From: Alphaproteobacteria bacterium
GTDB lineage: Bacteria; Pseudomonadota; Alphaproteobacteria; SP197
Length of the DNA stretch: 64,000 bases
Assembly: GCA_964291265.2 (NCBI GenBank)
Contig: OZ219747.1
Location: forward strand, 4,096,001-4,160,000
Direction of reading: 5' to 3'
In this document: in pieces, positions 1 through 9,814 of the stretch
How positions within the stretch are numbered: position 1 is the first letter of the stretch
How the letters are laid out: each line of letters begins with the position of its first letter
Made by a program: the position numbers and the translations under genes
Notes under the pieces: generated by a model
Told to the model about the DNA's origin: nothing
Seen by the model: the letters and a program-made list of their open reading frames with translations, nothing else
Databases searched by the model: none

Positions 1-1
1 G

Positions 2-112
2 AAGCAGCTTCTTGCGGACTTCGAGGAGCCGCCTCTCGATCCGGCAATCCGTGATGAACTCGAGGCATTTGTCGCCCGTCGCAAGGCCGAGGGCGGCGTC
101 CACGACAACTGA
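2..112 (+). CDS. 3' end of a gene, probably trimethylamine methyltransferase (MttB) family (partial)
   Basis: Frame 2 reads KQLLADFEEPPLDPAIRDELEAFVARRKAEGGVHDN*, resembling the C-terminus of MttB-family proteins; truncated by the window edge. Confidence 0.5.
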   Translation, partial: KQLLADFEEPPLDPAIRDELEAFVARRKAEGGVHDN

Positions 113-116
113 CCTC

Positions 117-1280
117 TCACGCGCCGCGACGTTCCCCCGTCACCCGGCAGGCAGACAGGTCATCAAGGCGTGGCGTTCCGGCCTGCATCATCACCTGCCT
201 CAGGTCCGCCCGAACGATGCGCAGGGCATGATCGACCCCGGCCCCGCCTCCTGCCGCGACCGCGTAGGCGAGAGCTCGGGCCATGAGAACGAAGTCGGCA
301 CCGCAGGCAATCATGCGGGCGACATCGATTCCAGAGCGCACACCTCCGTCGGCCAGCAGGGGGTAGTCGGCGCCAACGGCCCGGCGGATGGCCGGCAGCA
401 CCTCGACGGGGGCGGGAGCCGCATCGAACTGGCGACCGCCATGATTGGAGACGGCCACGGCATCAATGCCCATGTCACGCGCCCTCACGGCATCTTCGGG
501 AGCGAGGAGTCCCTTGACGATCATGGACCCCTTCCAGCGCTCCCTCAGACGCTCGAGCTTTTCCGCGGTCACCCGGCCGTCCGTCATGCTCGCCAGATGC
601 TCCCCCATCGCCGACAGGGGCAGACCCTTCGGCAAGTATCGCTCCAGCGTGCGAAATCGCGGGATGCCGGCGCGCATCATGGCCAGGGCCCAGGCAGGGC
701 GGGCGACGATGTCCATGAGCGTCGTGCGATCGAACCGCGGTGGCACGGAGAGTCCGCTGGCGATGTCGCGTTCGCGTCTGGTGCGGGTGGGAACATCGAT
801 CGTCACGATGAGCACCGAGGCGCCGGCAGCTTCGGCCCGGTCAACGATGTCGTTCTCGATGGCGGGATCCACGGTGCAGTAGAGCTGGAACCAGAGACTG
901 CTCCCGGCGATGGCGCCGATCTCCTCGACCGACATGGTGGCAAAACTGCTCAGGCACACAGGCAGGCCATGACCAATGGCGGCACGTGCGATGAGCGCCG
1001 GAGCGTTCGGCCATATCAGCCCCGTCAGCCCCATCGGTGCGGGAGCAAAGGGAAGCGGCCAAGTGCGGCCGAACAGGGGGACGGAAAGGTCCGGCTCGAA
1101 AGCCTCATCGACAATCGCCCGGGGTGTGAGGACGACCCTGCGCAAGGCATCGATGTTGGCCGCCAGGCAGACTTCCCTGTCGATTCCTCCCTCCGTGTAG
1201 CCGAAGGCAAAGCGCGGCACACGCCGGGCCGCACACGCCTGCATCGCATGAATCGAGGGGAACCTCCGGTCGAGCGTCAT
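117..1280 (-). CDS. FMN-dependent alpha-hydroxy acid dehydrogenase (L-lactate dehydrogenase-like)
   Basis: Motifs APAPMG, WFQLY, TID, SNHGGRQ, DGGVRSG. Confidence 0.9.
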   Translation of the reverse strand: MTLDRRFPSIHAMQACAARRVPRFAFGYTEGGIDREVCLAANIDALRRVVLTPRAIVDEAFEPDLSVPLFGRTWPLPFAPAPMGLTGLIWPNAPALIARAAIGHGLPVCLSSFATMSVEEIGAIAGSSLWFQLYCTVDPAIENDIVDRAEAAGASVLIVTIDVPTRTRRERDIASGLSVPPRFDRTTLMDIVARPAWALAMMRAGIPRFRTLERYLPKGLPLSAMGEHLASMTDGRVTAEKLERLRERWKGSMIVKGLLAPEDAVRARDMGIDAVAVSNHGGRQFDAAPAPVEVLPAIRRAVGADYPLLADGGVRSGIDVARMIACGADFVLMARALAYAVAAGGGAGVDHALRIVRADLRQVMMQAGTPRLDDLSACRVTGERRGA

Positions 1281-2884
1281 GAAGCCTTGCGCTCTCCAGC
1301 GACAAGATCACTTGCCTTCTCGCCAATCATGAGGGCCGGGGCGTGGGTGTTGCCGTTCGTCACACGTGGCATGATTGAGTTGTCGGCGATGCGCAGACCG
1401 TCGAGACCCAGCAAACCGAGGTCGGGGCCGACGACGGACCGTGGATCACCCGGCGCACCCATGCGGCAGGTGCCGGCGAGATGGTGCGTGATGCCGATGC
1501 TCCCGCTCACCCACCTGTCGATTTCTGCTGGCGACGTCACACTCGCGCCAGGATCGATCTCGCGCTCCCTCAAGCCCTCGAATGCCGGCTGCGACACGAT
1601 GTCCCGGATCATGCCGACGCCGGTACGGAAGGCGGTCCGATCGCGCTCTTCGGCAAGAAAGTTGAAGCTGAACCGGGGCAAATCCTGGGGGTCTGCCGAA
1701 CGCAACCTCACGTCTCCGCGACTCTTGATGCCGACGAGTTCCGTGTAGACCCCGAAGCCGTCGGCCAGAGCGTCGGCGTAGGTCGTGCCCACCAGCATGG
1801 GCGTGAAAGTCATCTGGATGTCGGGCCAGGGAGCATCGCTGCCGGAGCGCAGGAAGCAGCCGACTTCCATGTGATTGGTGGAGGCCACCCCCTTGCGGTC
1901 GACAAGCCAGCGCGCACCCGCCAGCCACTTCTTCGGTGGCCGTGTCCAGGACGCCAGCCTTTCGGCCTTGGCGGCGGTGTAGCCGCAGCGGATGGTCGGG
2001 TGGGTGTGGAGATTGGCGCCAACCCCCGGAAGCTCGTGGCGCACCTCGATTCCGTGCGGCACCAGCGCGCCGGGATCACCGATGCCCGACAGCATGAGCA
2101 GCTGGGGTGAACCGATGGCGCCGGCGCAGAGCAGGACTTCCCTGGCCGCGTGAATGGTCTCGTGGCGCCCGCCGGTTCTGACCCTGACTCCGGTCACCCG
2201 GCCCGCCTCGACGACAAGACGATCGACAGGAGTGTCGCATCGAATGACCAGATTGGGCCGGCCGAGGGAGGGCTTGAGGTACTCGGTCCACACATCGCTC
2301 CTCTCGCCGCCGCGCGTGTTGCGGTGGAGGACGGTGACCCCCTCCTGATCCGGTCCGTTGTAGTTGCCGTTGAAGGCAAGGCCAGCCTCGATCCCTGCCT
2401 CGAGAAAGGCCTCGTTGAGCATCGAGAACCGCGGATCGCCGCGCACGACGGCGATGGGACCCGATTGCCCCATGTGGGGGTCCGCCGCATCGTCGAAGCT
2501 CTCAATGCGCCGGAACAGGGGCTCGACATCCCGCCACGACCAGCCGACTGCACCGTCCGCTGCCCAGCTGTCGAAGACACCGGGAGCCCCCCTCACCCAC
2601 AGCAAGGCGTTGATCGAGGAGGATCCTCCAAGCCCCTTGCCCATCTTGTAGGCATAGGATCTGCCGGCGGCCAGCGCCTCCGGTTCGGACCTGTAGTCCC
2701 AGTGATAGCGGCCCGACTGGTAGAGCGACAGGACACCTGCCGGGATGCGGTGCATGAGTGACCTGCGGCCGGTACCGGCCTCGACCATGAGAACGCGGAC
2801 CGCCGGATCTTCCGTCAGGCGCGCCGCGAGGACCGAGCCTGCCGTGCCGCCGCCGGCGATGATGTAATCGAACGCCGACATCAA
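1277..2884 (-). CDS. GMC-family oxidoreductase (choline dehydrogenase-like)
   Basis: FDYIIAGGGTAG FAD motif, GLGGSSSIN, HLAGTCRMG, GNTHAPALMIGEK; 4-bp overlaps with both neighbours. Confidence 0.92.
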   Translation of the reverse strand: MMSAFDYIIAGGGTAGSVLAARLTEDPAVRVLMVEAGTGRRSLMHRIPAGVLSLYQSGRYHWDYRSEPEALAAGRSYAYKMGKGLGGSSSINALLWVRGAPGVFDSWAADGAVGWSWRDVEPLFRRIESFDDAADPHMGQSGPIAVVRGDPRFSMLNEAFLEAGIEAGLAFNGNYNGPDQEGVTVLHRNTRGGERSDVWTEYLKPSLGRPNLVIRCDTPVDRLVVEAGRVTGVRVRTGGRHETIHAAREVLLCAGAIGSPQLLMLSGIGDPGALVPHGIEVRHELPGVGANLHTHPTIRCGYTAAKAERLASWTRPPKKWLAGARWLVDRKGVASTNHMEVGCFLRSGSDAPWPDIQMTFTPMLVGTTYADALADGFGVYTELVGIKSRGDVRLRSADPQDLPRFSFNFLAEERDRTAFRTGVGMIRDIVSQPAFEGLREREIDPGASVTSPAEIDRWVSGSIGITHHLAGTCRMGAPGDPRSVVGPDLGLLGLDGLRIADNSIMPRVTNGNTHAPALMIGEKASDLVAGERKAS

Positions 2885-4518
2885 CCTTCCACGGGATCAT
2901 CCGCAAAGTGCTTCTCTTCGGAACTGATGACCTCGATCAGTGCCGGTCGGTCGCTCAGTGCCAGCGCCCGCTCGAGGGCCGGCACGAAGTCCTCGGGCGC
3001 GCTCACCCGTTCGGCGTGGGCGCCCAGCGCCGCTGCCACGTCGGCGTAGTTCCCTCCGAGTTCATGAATGCCATAGTCGCGTGCCGCCACCGGGTGATGG
3101 TCGACATAGCCACCCATGACATCGTTCTTCAGAACGATCGTGATCGTGGCAAGGCGGTTGCGTACGGACGTCTCGAGATCCATCCCCACCATGCCGATCG
3201 CCGCATCGCCCATGATGTTGATGCAGTGATGTCGGGGCCGCGCCAGTCGCGCACCCTGGACAAGTCCAAGACCGAGACCGAGTTGCGTTGTCTTGCCCCA
3301 GCCGATGTACCCGTGGGGTACGAGTGTCTCATAGAAGGCGGTCATCTGGTCACGCGGTGAACCTGCATCATGGGTGACAATGGTCGTCTCTCGATCGACC
3401 GTCCTCATGAGGTCGCTGATGATGCGGTAGGGACTGATGGGGACCTCGGTGGATTGCAGCTTGGGCTCCCAGCGATCCATGAAGGCCTTGCGGCGGCTGG
3501 CCACCTCGTCGGCCATCGCGTCGCGTCGGGCGCCGGGATGCTTGCCCTGAATCTCCACCATGCGCTCCAGAGTCGCGCGGGCATCACCGATGATGCCGAT
3601 GTCGACCGGATAGTCCTTGGACACATCGCCTTCCCAGTTCGTCAGCTGGATGAAGCAGCGACCCTTGGTTGGAAACGGCGTGATGTACTCCGACCGGGTG
3701 AAGCTCGTGCCAAGACCGAGGATGAGGTCGCAGCTTGCGAGGACATGCGCTGCTTCGCCACGCCGTGTGCGGCCCGCGCATCCCAGGGAGAGCGGGTGAT
3801 TCTCAGGAAAGGCGCTCTTGCCGTTCAGGGTCGTCAGCACCGGAATGCCGGTGCTGTCGGCAAACTCTGTCAGCGCTTGTGATGCTCCCGCATAGAGAAT
3901 GCCCTGACCCGCCACGATCACGGGTGACGAGGCCTTCCCCAGGGAGGCGAGGACTTCGCGGATCTCGGCATCGGCAGCCACCGGCCTCGATGCCTTCTGG
4001 GGGCGATAGCTTTCCTCGAGGGCGGGATCGGCGGTGGTGTTGGCCACGTCCTTGGGCACCTCGAGAACCACCGGCCCGGGACGGCCGTTGCGCAGCATGG
4101 CAAAGGCGTTCTGCAGCATCTGTGGAATACGCTCCACGTCCGGCACCATGGCGCACCACTTGGAGACATGCTGCATGCTCTGGCTGGCCTGGAAGTGGGA
4201 ATCGAGCGGCTGTCTCATGCGATCGTAGCCGAAGGGAATGTGGAGCACCGGCACGTTGTCGGCATGGCACTGGGCCACGGCGCCGAAGGCATTCTCCGAC
4301 CCGGGACCATACTGCACGGTGGTGCAGGCGATCCTGCGGCCTCCCGTCACACGGGCATAGCCGTCCGCGATATGAAGGGCCTGGCGCTCCTGGCGCACGA
4401 TGACAGGACGGATGCCCGCCTTGGCCGCGGATTCGATGAGATCGCTGTGCGGAAAGGCGGGAAGGATGTCGACACCCTCTCTGGCGAGGATGCGGGCAAT
4501 GAGATCTGCACCATTCAT
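2881..4518 (-). CDS. Thiamine pyrophosphate-requiring enzyme (acetolactate synthase large-subunit-like)
   Basis: Start placed at MNGADLIARILAREG; RQER..HIADGYAR, GPGSEN, GDAAIGM...N TPP-binding motif. Confidence 0.85.
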   Translation of the reverse strand: MNGADLIARILAREGVDILPAFPHSDLIESAAKAGIRPVIVRQERQALHIADGYARVTGGRRIACTTVQYGPGSENAFGAVAQCHADNVPVLHIPFGYDRMRQPLDSHFQASQSMQHVSKWCAMVPDVERIPQMLQNAFAMLRNGRPGPVVLEVPKDVANTTADPALEESYRPQKASRPVAADAEIREVLASLGKASSPVIVAGQGILYAGASQALTEFADSTGIPVLTTLNGKSAFPENHPLSLGCAGRTRRGEAAHVLASCDLILGLGTSFTRSEYITPFPTKGRCFIQLTNWEGDVSKDYPVDIGIIGDARATLERMVEIQGKHPGARRDAMADEVASRRKAFMDRWEPKLQSTEVPISPYRIISDLMRTVDRETTIVTHDAGSPRDQMTAFYETLVPHGYIGWGKTTQLGLGLGLVQGARLARPRHHCINIMGDAAIGMVGMDLETSVRNRLATITIVLKNDVMGGYVDHHPVAARDYGIHELGGNYADVAAALGAHAERVSAPEDFVPALERALALSDRPALIEVISSEEKHFADDPVEG

Positions 4519-4593
4519 CGTGTCACACTCCCCGACAAGACCGTCGCCGACCCTACGGGCGATGCAGCGGGGCCGCAATGCGGTTGGTCATCA

Positions 4594-4622
4594 TTGACCT
4601 TCGGCGGCACTTCGCATACACA
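4594..4622 (+). promoter_or_regulatory. Putative sigma70 promoter of tRNA-Asn
   Basis: TTGACC-N17-TACACA ending 15 bp upstream of the tRNA. Confidence 0.4.
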
Positions 4623-4637
4623 TCGGTGCATACCTGA

Positions 4638-4713
4638 TCCGCGATAGCTCAGTTGGTAGAGCAAGTGGCTGTTAACCACTGGGTCGCAGGTTCGAGTCCT
4701 GCTCGCGGAGCCA
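4638..4713 (+). tRNA. tRNA-Asn (GTT)
   Basis: Acceptor stem TCCGCGA/TCGCGGA, D-arm GCTCAGTTGGTAGAGC, anticodon loop CTGTTAA, T-loop GGTTCGAGTCC, encoded CCA; 76 nt. Confidence 0.97.
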
Positions 4714-4722
4714 CGAGTCGGG

Positions 4723-4764
4723 GGGCCGTCAGCCGGCGACCGGGATGTCGCCGGGCGACGGCCC
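4723..4764 (+). terminator. GC-rich hairpin after the tRNA (putative terminator)
   Basis: GGGCCGTC..CCGGCGAC-loop-GTCGCCGG..GACGGCCC; U-tract is poor. Confidence 0.45.
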
Positions 4765-5188
4765 TTCCGGCATTCACCCCCGCTGCAGCCACCATGCAAC
4801 CCGCCGGACAGGACTGGTCCATCGCGTGAACGGACAAGCACGACCACCCATTGTCTCCCATCGGACCCTCCGAGCCGAACGTGCGGGAAGCGACGACGTG
4901 GCGCAGTGGTCTTGTCAACCGGCGGCTTCCGATCGGGCCGGCCCGCACATCGACGATCGAATCACTCCAGGTTGCGTCGAAGCGGCATCTCGCTGTCCTG
5001 ATCGTCAGCGATCTCCCTTTGGGCAAAGTCGATGAGGACGACTTCGTCATGGGTCAACCCTTGTGCGACGCTGCGCGATCATCCTCGGGCGCCATCTCTT
5101 CCAGCATATGGAAGTTGTCGAGAAGGGGCGGAACATTCGGCCGTGATGTGCGTCATGAACCGGCGCCAGATGAGATGCCGGCATGGAA

Positions 5189-5227
5189 CCGGACTGATCA
5201 AGTCAATTCACGAGGTCAGGACATCTG
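5189..5227 (-). repeat. Orphan terminal repeat related to the left end of the IS at 27583-29997
   Basis: CCGGACTGATCAAGTCAATTCACGAGGTCAGGACATCTG is nearly the reverse complement of 27583-27622 (2 substitutions, 1 indel). Confidence 0.75.
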
Positions 5228-5790
5228 AGCCGGGAGCATGGTCTCATCCCTATCGTACTTGTCGACCAGGGGACGCATGGTGGCCAGCCGCGCGGCGTTC
5301 GACTGCGGCGAGGAGGGCGAATTTCTCTCGTTCGTCGAAAGCGGAGGAGTTAAGTTTTCCCGCGATTTCCGCCTCGCAGTGGTCAGAGGAGAGCGTTCAG
5401 ACAGGCCGTGTTGTCTGTTCTTGTCATGCCATCATCCCGAAATCGTCCCCGAGCTGACGTGTGAACGTGATTCGCACCGAAGACCGATGTCGTTCGCCAA
5501 GGCAAGGCGCGTGCGGGACGACCGGGGAATGACGAGCTCGCTCCGTGTCACCGCAGGCCCAGACCTCCATGACGCTACCGCCAGAAGGCAGGCGCTGGCG
5601 GATGACGACATCCCCGTTCGGAACCATGAGGCCCTCGCCGCCGAGTTGTACGAAGTGTTCGGCAAGAGGATACCGTGGAGCTTCGAGGTCGGCCCCTGAC
5701 CAGGTGCCCCTGCTGCGCCGGTGCATCACCCGGAGCCGGGAACCGCCGCACAGGGTAAGCGTTCGGCCACGCGGTGATTGTTGGTGATAT

Positions 5791-6098
5791 TCACCGGTTG
5801 AGGATGCGTTTGGGAGGCGCACCACGTGGCGGTTCGCTGTTGGGTCCGAAGACGATGGGTCCGGGTCGGGTTGCTCGTCGTTGGGGTGGCGGCAGGGTGA
5901 TGAGGCCGTCGCGGTGCATGGCCAGAAAGGCGACATTCGCCATCATGTTCTTGAGGCCCCGTCGGGCTTGTATCAGCCGGTCTCGCGGCAGAAGGCGCGG
6001 GCGATGGCCGCACGGGTGGGGTGCTGGGTGATCAGGGAGCGCAACAGCGCCATCTCGTGCGCGGTGAAGTCACGGCCGTCGTAACGGCACTCGATCAC
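5791..6098 (-). pseudogene. Truncated N-terminus of a DUF4338-type passenger gene of the IS66
   Basis: GTG start overlaps the transposase stop; reads RYDGRDFTAHEMALLRSLI..AFCRETG*YKPDG/GLKNMMANVAFLAMHRDGLITLPPP with an in-frame stop (5973-5975) and a frameshift. Confidence 0.65.
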
Positions 6099-8539
6099 CC
6101 CGGTTCCATGAGGTCCCTTCGACGCTCCGGGGGCATCGACCATGGCAGCCACGGGTCGAGGTCATCCGGCGGCTTGCCGCCGTTCTGCGCGCAGGCCTCA
6201 AGCCACTCATGAAGCCAGCGCCGAACATTGATGTTGTTCATGGCAAGGGTGCCGATGACCGAGTACATGATGGCGGTGAAGGCGGCGCCTTCCTCGCTGT
6301 CGGAGCCGAAGCTCAGCTTTCTCGCGGTCACCGCACCCCGGAGGGCTCTCTCGGCAAAGTTGTTGTCCATGGGCACCTGGGGATGGTCGACAAAGACGCA
6401 CAGTCCCTCGCGGTGACGGATCAGGGAACGCAAGGGCTTCGCTTCGCGTGCACCCTCGGGCAAGGCGTCGAGTTCCTCCTGAGCCTGCCTGAACAGCGCC
6501 TCGACAGCCGCACGAAGGTCCTTCTGCAGGGCATTGAACCTCGCTGACTGACGCTTGCGTGCGGGATCGTAGTGCTTCAGCCGTTGCCCATTCAGTGTGT
6601 AGATCAGCGCGATCCTGTCGAGCCACTTGTCGCACCACTCTTCCAGCCCCTCTTGGCCTGCCGCAGCCTCGATCACATCGCGCCTGGAGTGCGCCCAGCA
6701 AAGGCAGAGGATCACCTTGCCATCAAGCTCACGCTCCAGTTTCCTGTAGACCACGTAGCGGTCGCAAACAAGGAAGACGACACCTTCGGTGGAGGCGAAC
6801 AGCACCATGGCCACCCGGGTGCTGCGTGACGGGTCGATAAGGAAGAAGACGGAGTCGGCGCTGACCGCGGTCCACAGCCAGGCCTTCTGCGAGCGCCCCG
6901 AGGCCTTGAGGGACTGGATGCGCCAGCTGGTCTCGTCGCCGTGGCGCACCGTCAGCCGGTTCTGATGATCGAGGATGGCCTGAGCGAGAGGCGCGAACAT
7001 CGGCGTCATCTTCTTCATGCCGCCAGCGATCGTTCCCGGCGCCATCGGCAGTCCCTGGTCTTCCAGCCATCGCGAGACCCGGCGCAGGGGACGCAAGCAG
7101 GCGAAGCGCTCATAGAGCACGCATTCCCAGACACTGATGCCGAAGGGGGTATTCGCAAGCAAGCGCAAAGGTGGCGGCGCGATGATCTCCGCAGGCGCCG
7201 ACGAACACTGACAACCACGGCGCCAACGCCCACGTTCAATCCGCCGGATATGAGCCTTGACATGGACCTCCATGATCGAGGTCTCGTGGCTGCCGTTGGC
7301 CACATAGGGCTCGCCGCAACACGGGCACGTGCGCTGCGATGCCGGTGGATCATGGCGTTCGTGCTTCTCCTTGAGCTTCGGACGCGGAGTGCGCCCGTGG
7401 CCGCTCTTGCCGGGTTGCTGACCCCGCTTGTTCCCGGTGCCTTCCTTCTTCTTCCGTTTCTCGCTCTTCGACCCGAAGCGCGCCGTCGCGTGCTTGGCAC
7501 GCGTCCCGCGGAGATTCCTCAGCTCGCTCGCCTGTTCAGCGTTCTTGAGCTTCAGAGCGTCCCTTTCCCGCTCCAGCGCCTCCGCTCGGGCCTGTCCACG
7601 CTTCACCTCCCGGCGAGCCTCCTTGAGCTGATCACGAGTGCGGTCGAGATGAAACTTGAATGTGCCCGCACGGGCACGGGCAGAATTCTTCGCACGGCGC
7701 AGGTCAGACGCGGTAGGGATGCGCATTGCTGCGCACCCCCCGCGCAGATCCGGACGTGGACGTTAATCCATCCGGCTCCTACCTCGGGTACTGGACGGCA
7801 AACCACTGGACTAGCCTGCGGCTTCCCGTATCCGATCCGCCGCCTGTGGCACGCTTGCCCGACACTGCGTTCGGTGCGTGCTTTAGCGTCCCGGATTCCC
7901 CTTGGTTGAGGCCCTTTCCTCCAGCGACTCCGCAGAAGCTAACGCTTCCTTGTTCGCCGCCTTCACAGGTACTACGGCCTCATCCGACTTCTTCAAACCG
8001 TACATCATAGGCTTCGGTTTTCTCCTTCCCCATGCGGTCCCGCCACAACCGGCGGGACGGTTTGAAGATCTCCCAGGGTCCCAACAGAAGGCGTGCGGAC
8101 GTGCATGGGTTCTCTGACACCGCGGGGCTCGCCGACATCTCACCAAATCGATGCCTGCGATGTTGCCTTCGACCAATGCGAAAGCCTCGGCACCCCGGAT
8201 GATAGCTTTTTCGGTGCTCATTAGCCCTGCCCATCCGTACCGCTACCGACGCTTCGCCTGCCCCCTCGCGGGAACCGACGCACGGCTCGCGGAGAAACGT
8301 GGTTTGGTTACTCCTTCGTTCCAGGGGACTTTCACCCCCTACCTTCCGCCAGTTCGCCTGGCACACCGCATACGCGCTTCCGCCGCATCCGCACGAACCC
8401 GCTCCGCCTCATAGAGCGCACGCCAGTCAGGCGCCTCGCATGACAAGGCCACTGACGCCCGACATAGGCCGTCACCACCTCCCGTCAGCTGCTGTGTCGC
8501 TCCGCGCGTCTCGGCAAAAGTCTTCATGGCCTCGACCAT
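6095..8539 (-). CDS. IS66-family transposase (TnpC type), two exons 8539-8367 and 7706-6095
   Basis: Coiled-coil N-terminus, CPCCG Zn finger, HGDETSW, CDRYVVY, CWAHSRRD, DNNFAERALR; joined exons give 594 aa in frame; start codon uncertain (8539 or 8527). Confidence 0.85.
7707..8366 (-). ncRNA. ORF-less group II intron (660 nt)
   Basis: 5' GTGTG; domain V-like GAGCCGGATGGATTAACGTCCACGTCCGGATC with AGC triad; domain VI-like GGGGGGTGCGCAGCAATGCGCATCCCTACCGCGTC; no reverse transcriptase ORF. Confidence 0.88.
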
Positions 8540-8704
8540 AATCGAGACCAAACGAGTTTACCAGCACTTTCTCAGACGATAGTCAGCAAGACCCAAACCA
8601 ACCAAAATCAGCCATCACCGAACGGCCGAACGCTTACCGCACAGGCACACTCAGCGACTGCGACGACTGGACGGCATCCCTGTTCCTGAATGGAGGTGAT
8701 GGCT

Positions 8705-9463
8705 TCAGACTCCTGTTGCCGCCCGAGGCTGTCGCCCGGCCAGGCGGCGCGAGAAGAGAGCGAGCATGCCTTCCCAGCACGCTTCGGCCGCCCCCTCGAC
8801 ATAGGCGTCGCGTTCGGGGAAGGAATAGCCGTGGCGCGTTCCGGGATAGGTCTCGATGCGGTGGGCAATGGCGTGTCTGGTGAAGGTGTCGCGCAACGTG
8901 GGAATGACATTGTCGGGGACCAGGGGGTCGTCCGAGGCGAAACCCAGAAACATCTCCGCACGGATCGCCGCCGCCCCGAGGTGCGGCGAGTCAGGCTCAT
9001 CGGTCACCATGCGCACCCCGTGAAACGCCGCGACCGCGGCGACCCGATCCGGAAACCGGCACGCGGCGGCGAGCACGTACTGTCCGCTCATGCAATACCC
9101 GACGAGGCCCCGTGGCCCCGCCGCCACGCGGTCGTCGCCATCGAGACAATCGAGAATGGCGCGGCAGTCTTGCGCCACCCTCTCATGATCGAGACTTGCC
9201 ATGGCCGCACCGAAGACCGCGGTCATCCGGTCATCGCGACGTGAGAGATCAAAGCGCAGAGTGCCAAGCCTGTGGTACATGTCGGGAAGTACGCAGACAA
9301 AACCCGCGGAGGCGACGCGCCGCGCGAATCGATGAAGTTCCTCGCGGATACCCGGTGCATCCATGAGCATGATCACGGCGGGCGCCGGCCCATCCCCCTC
9401 GGGCAGGGCAAGGAAGGCCGGTATCGGGCCATCGGGCGCAGGAATGTCGAGGGTGCTGTCCAT
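8705..9463 (-). CDS. Dienelactone hydrolase family protein
   Basis: Start at MDSTLDIPAPDG; MDAPGIRE, GYCMSG nucleophile motif, YPGTRHGY. Confidence 0.88.
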   Translation of the reverse strand: MDSTLDIPAPDGPIPAFLALPEGDGPAPAVIMLMDAPGIREELHRFARRVASAGFVCVLPDMYHRLGTLRFDLSRRDDRMTAVFGAAMASLDHERVAQDCRAILDCLDGDDRVAAGPRGLVGYCMSGQYVLAAACRFPDRVAAVAAFHGVRMVTDEPDSPHLGAAAIRAEMFLGFASDDPLVPDNVIPTLRDTFTRHAIAHRIETYPGTRHGYSFPERDAYVEGAAEACWEGMLALFSRRLAGRQPRAATGV

Positions 9464-9814
9464 GGTATGGCCCTGTTGCCGCCATCCGCGAAGGATACGA
9501 TGTCGTCTGTATCCCTGTCGACATTCCGTGACAGGATCATTCCCTGGCTCGATGTTCCGATCAGCGCCGCGTTGATCCCGGTCACCGGTGCATGCTGCAA
9601 CCGCACGTCGACCTGAGGGCCTCAGCGTTTCGGGTTCACGATCCCAGGCTCCTGGAAAACGAGGCCGGCTGTCCGGTTTCCTCCACGCGCCCGCGCGGAC
9701 CGCTGAGGTCCTCGCCGAGTCTCCAGGGTGACTGGGGAGGTCGCCTGATTGACTGGCAAGACAACACAACTGATGATGGCAAGGACAGTGAACTGACCCA
9801 GCGGATTGCCGCAG

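Larger units (their letters stand above)
5755..8637 (-). mobile_element. IS66-family insertion sequence containing a group II intron
   Basis: TIR GTAAGCGTTCGGCC at 5755-5768 and inverted at 8624-8637; 8-bp TSD CGCACAGG at 5747-5754 and 8638-8645. Confidence 0.93.

Noticed and set aside
12-1748. Long antisense or alternative-frame ORFs (e.g. 12-1748, 25075-27090, 54073-55716, 57927-59693)
   Set aside because: Shadow ORFs of genuine genes in high-GC DNA with no recognisable motifs
4638-4713. tRNA-anchored integrative island (attL/attR)
   Set aside because: I found no integrase and no direct repeat of the tRNA 3' end in the window
5424-5754. Possible ankyrin or secreted-protein relic around the IS66 target (GADLEA on the minus strand; DCDDW across the rebuilt site)
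   Set aside because: Motifs are too short and frames inconsistent; cannot be supported
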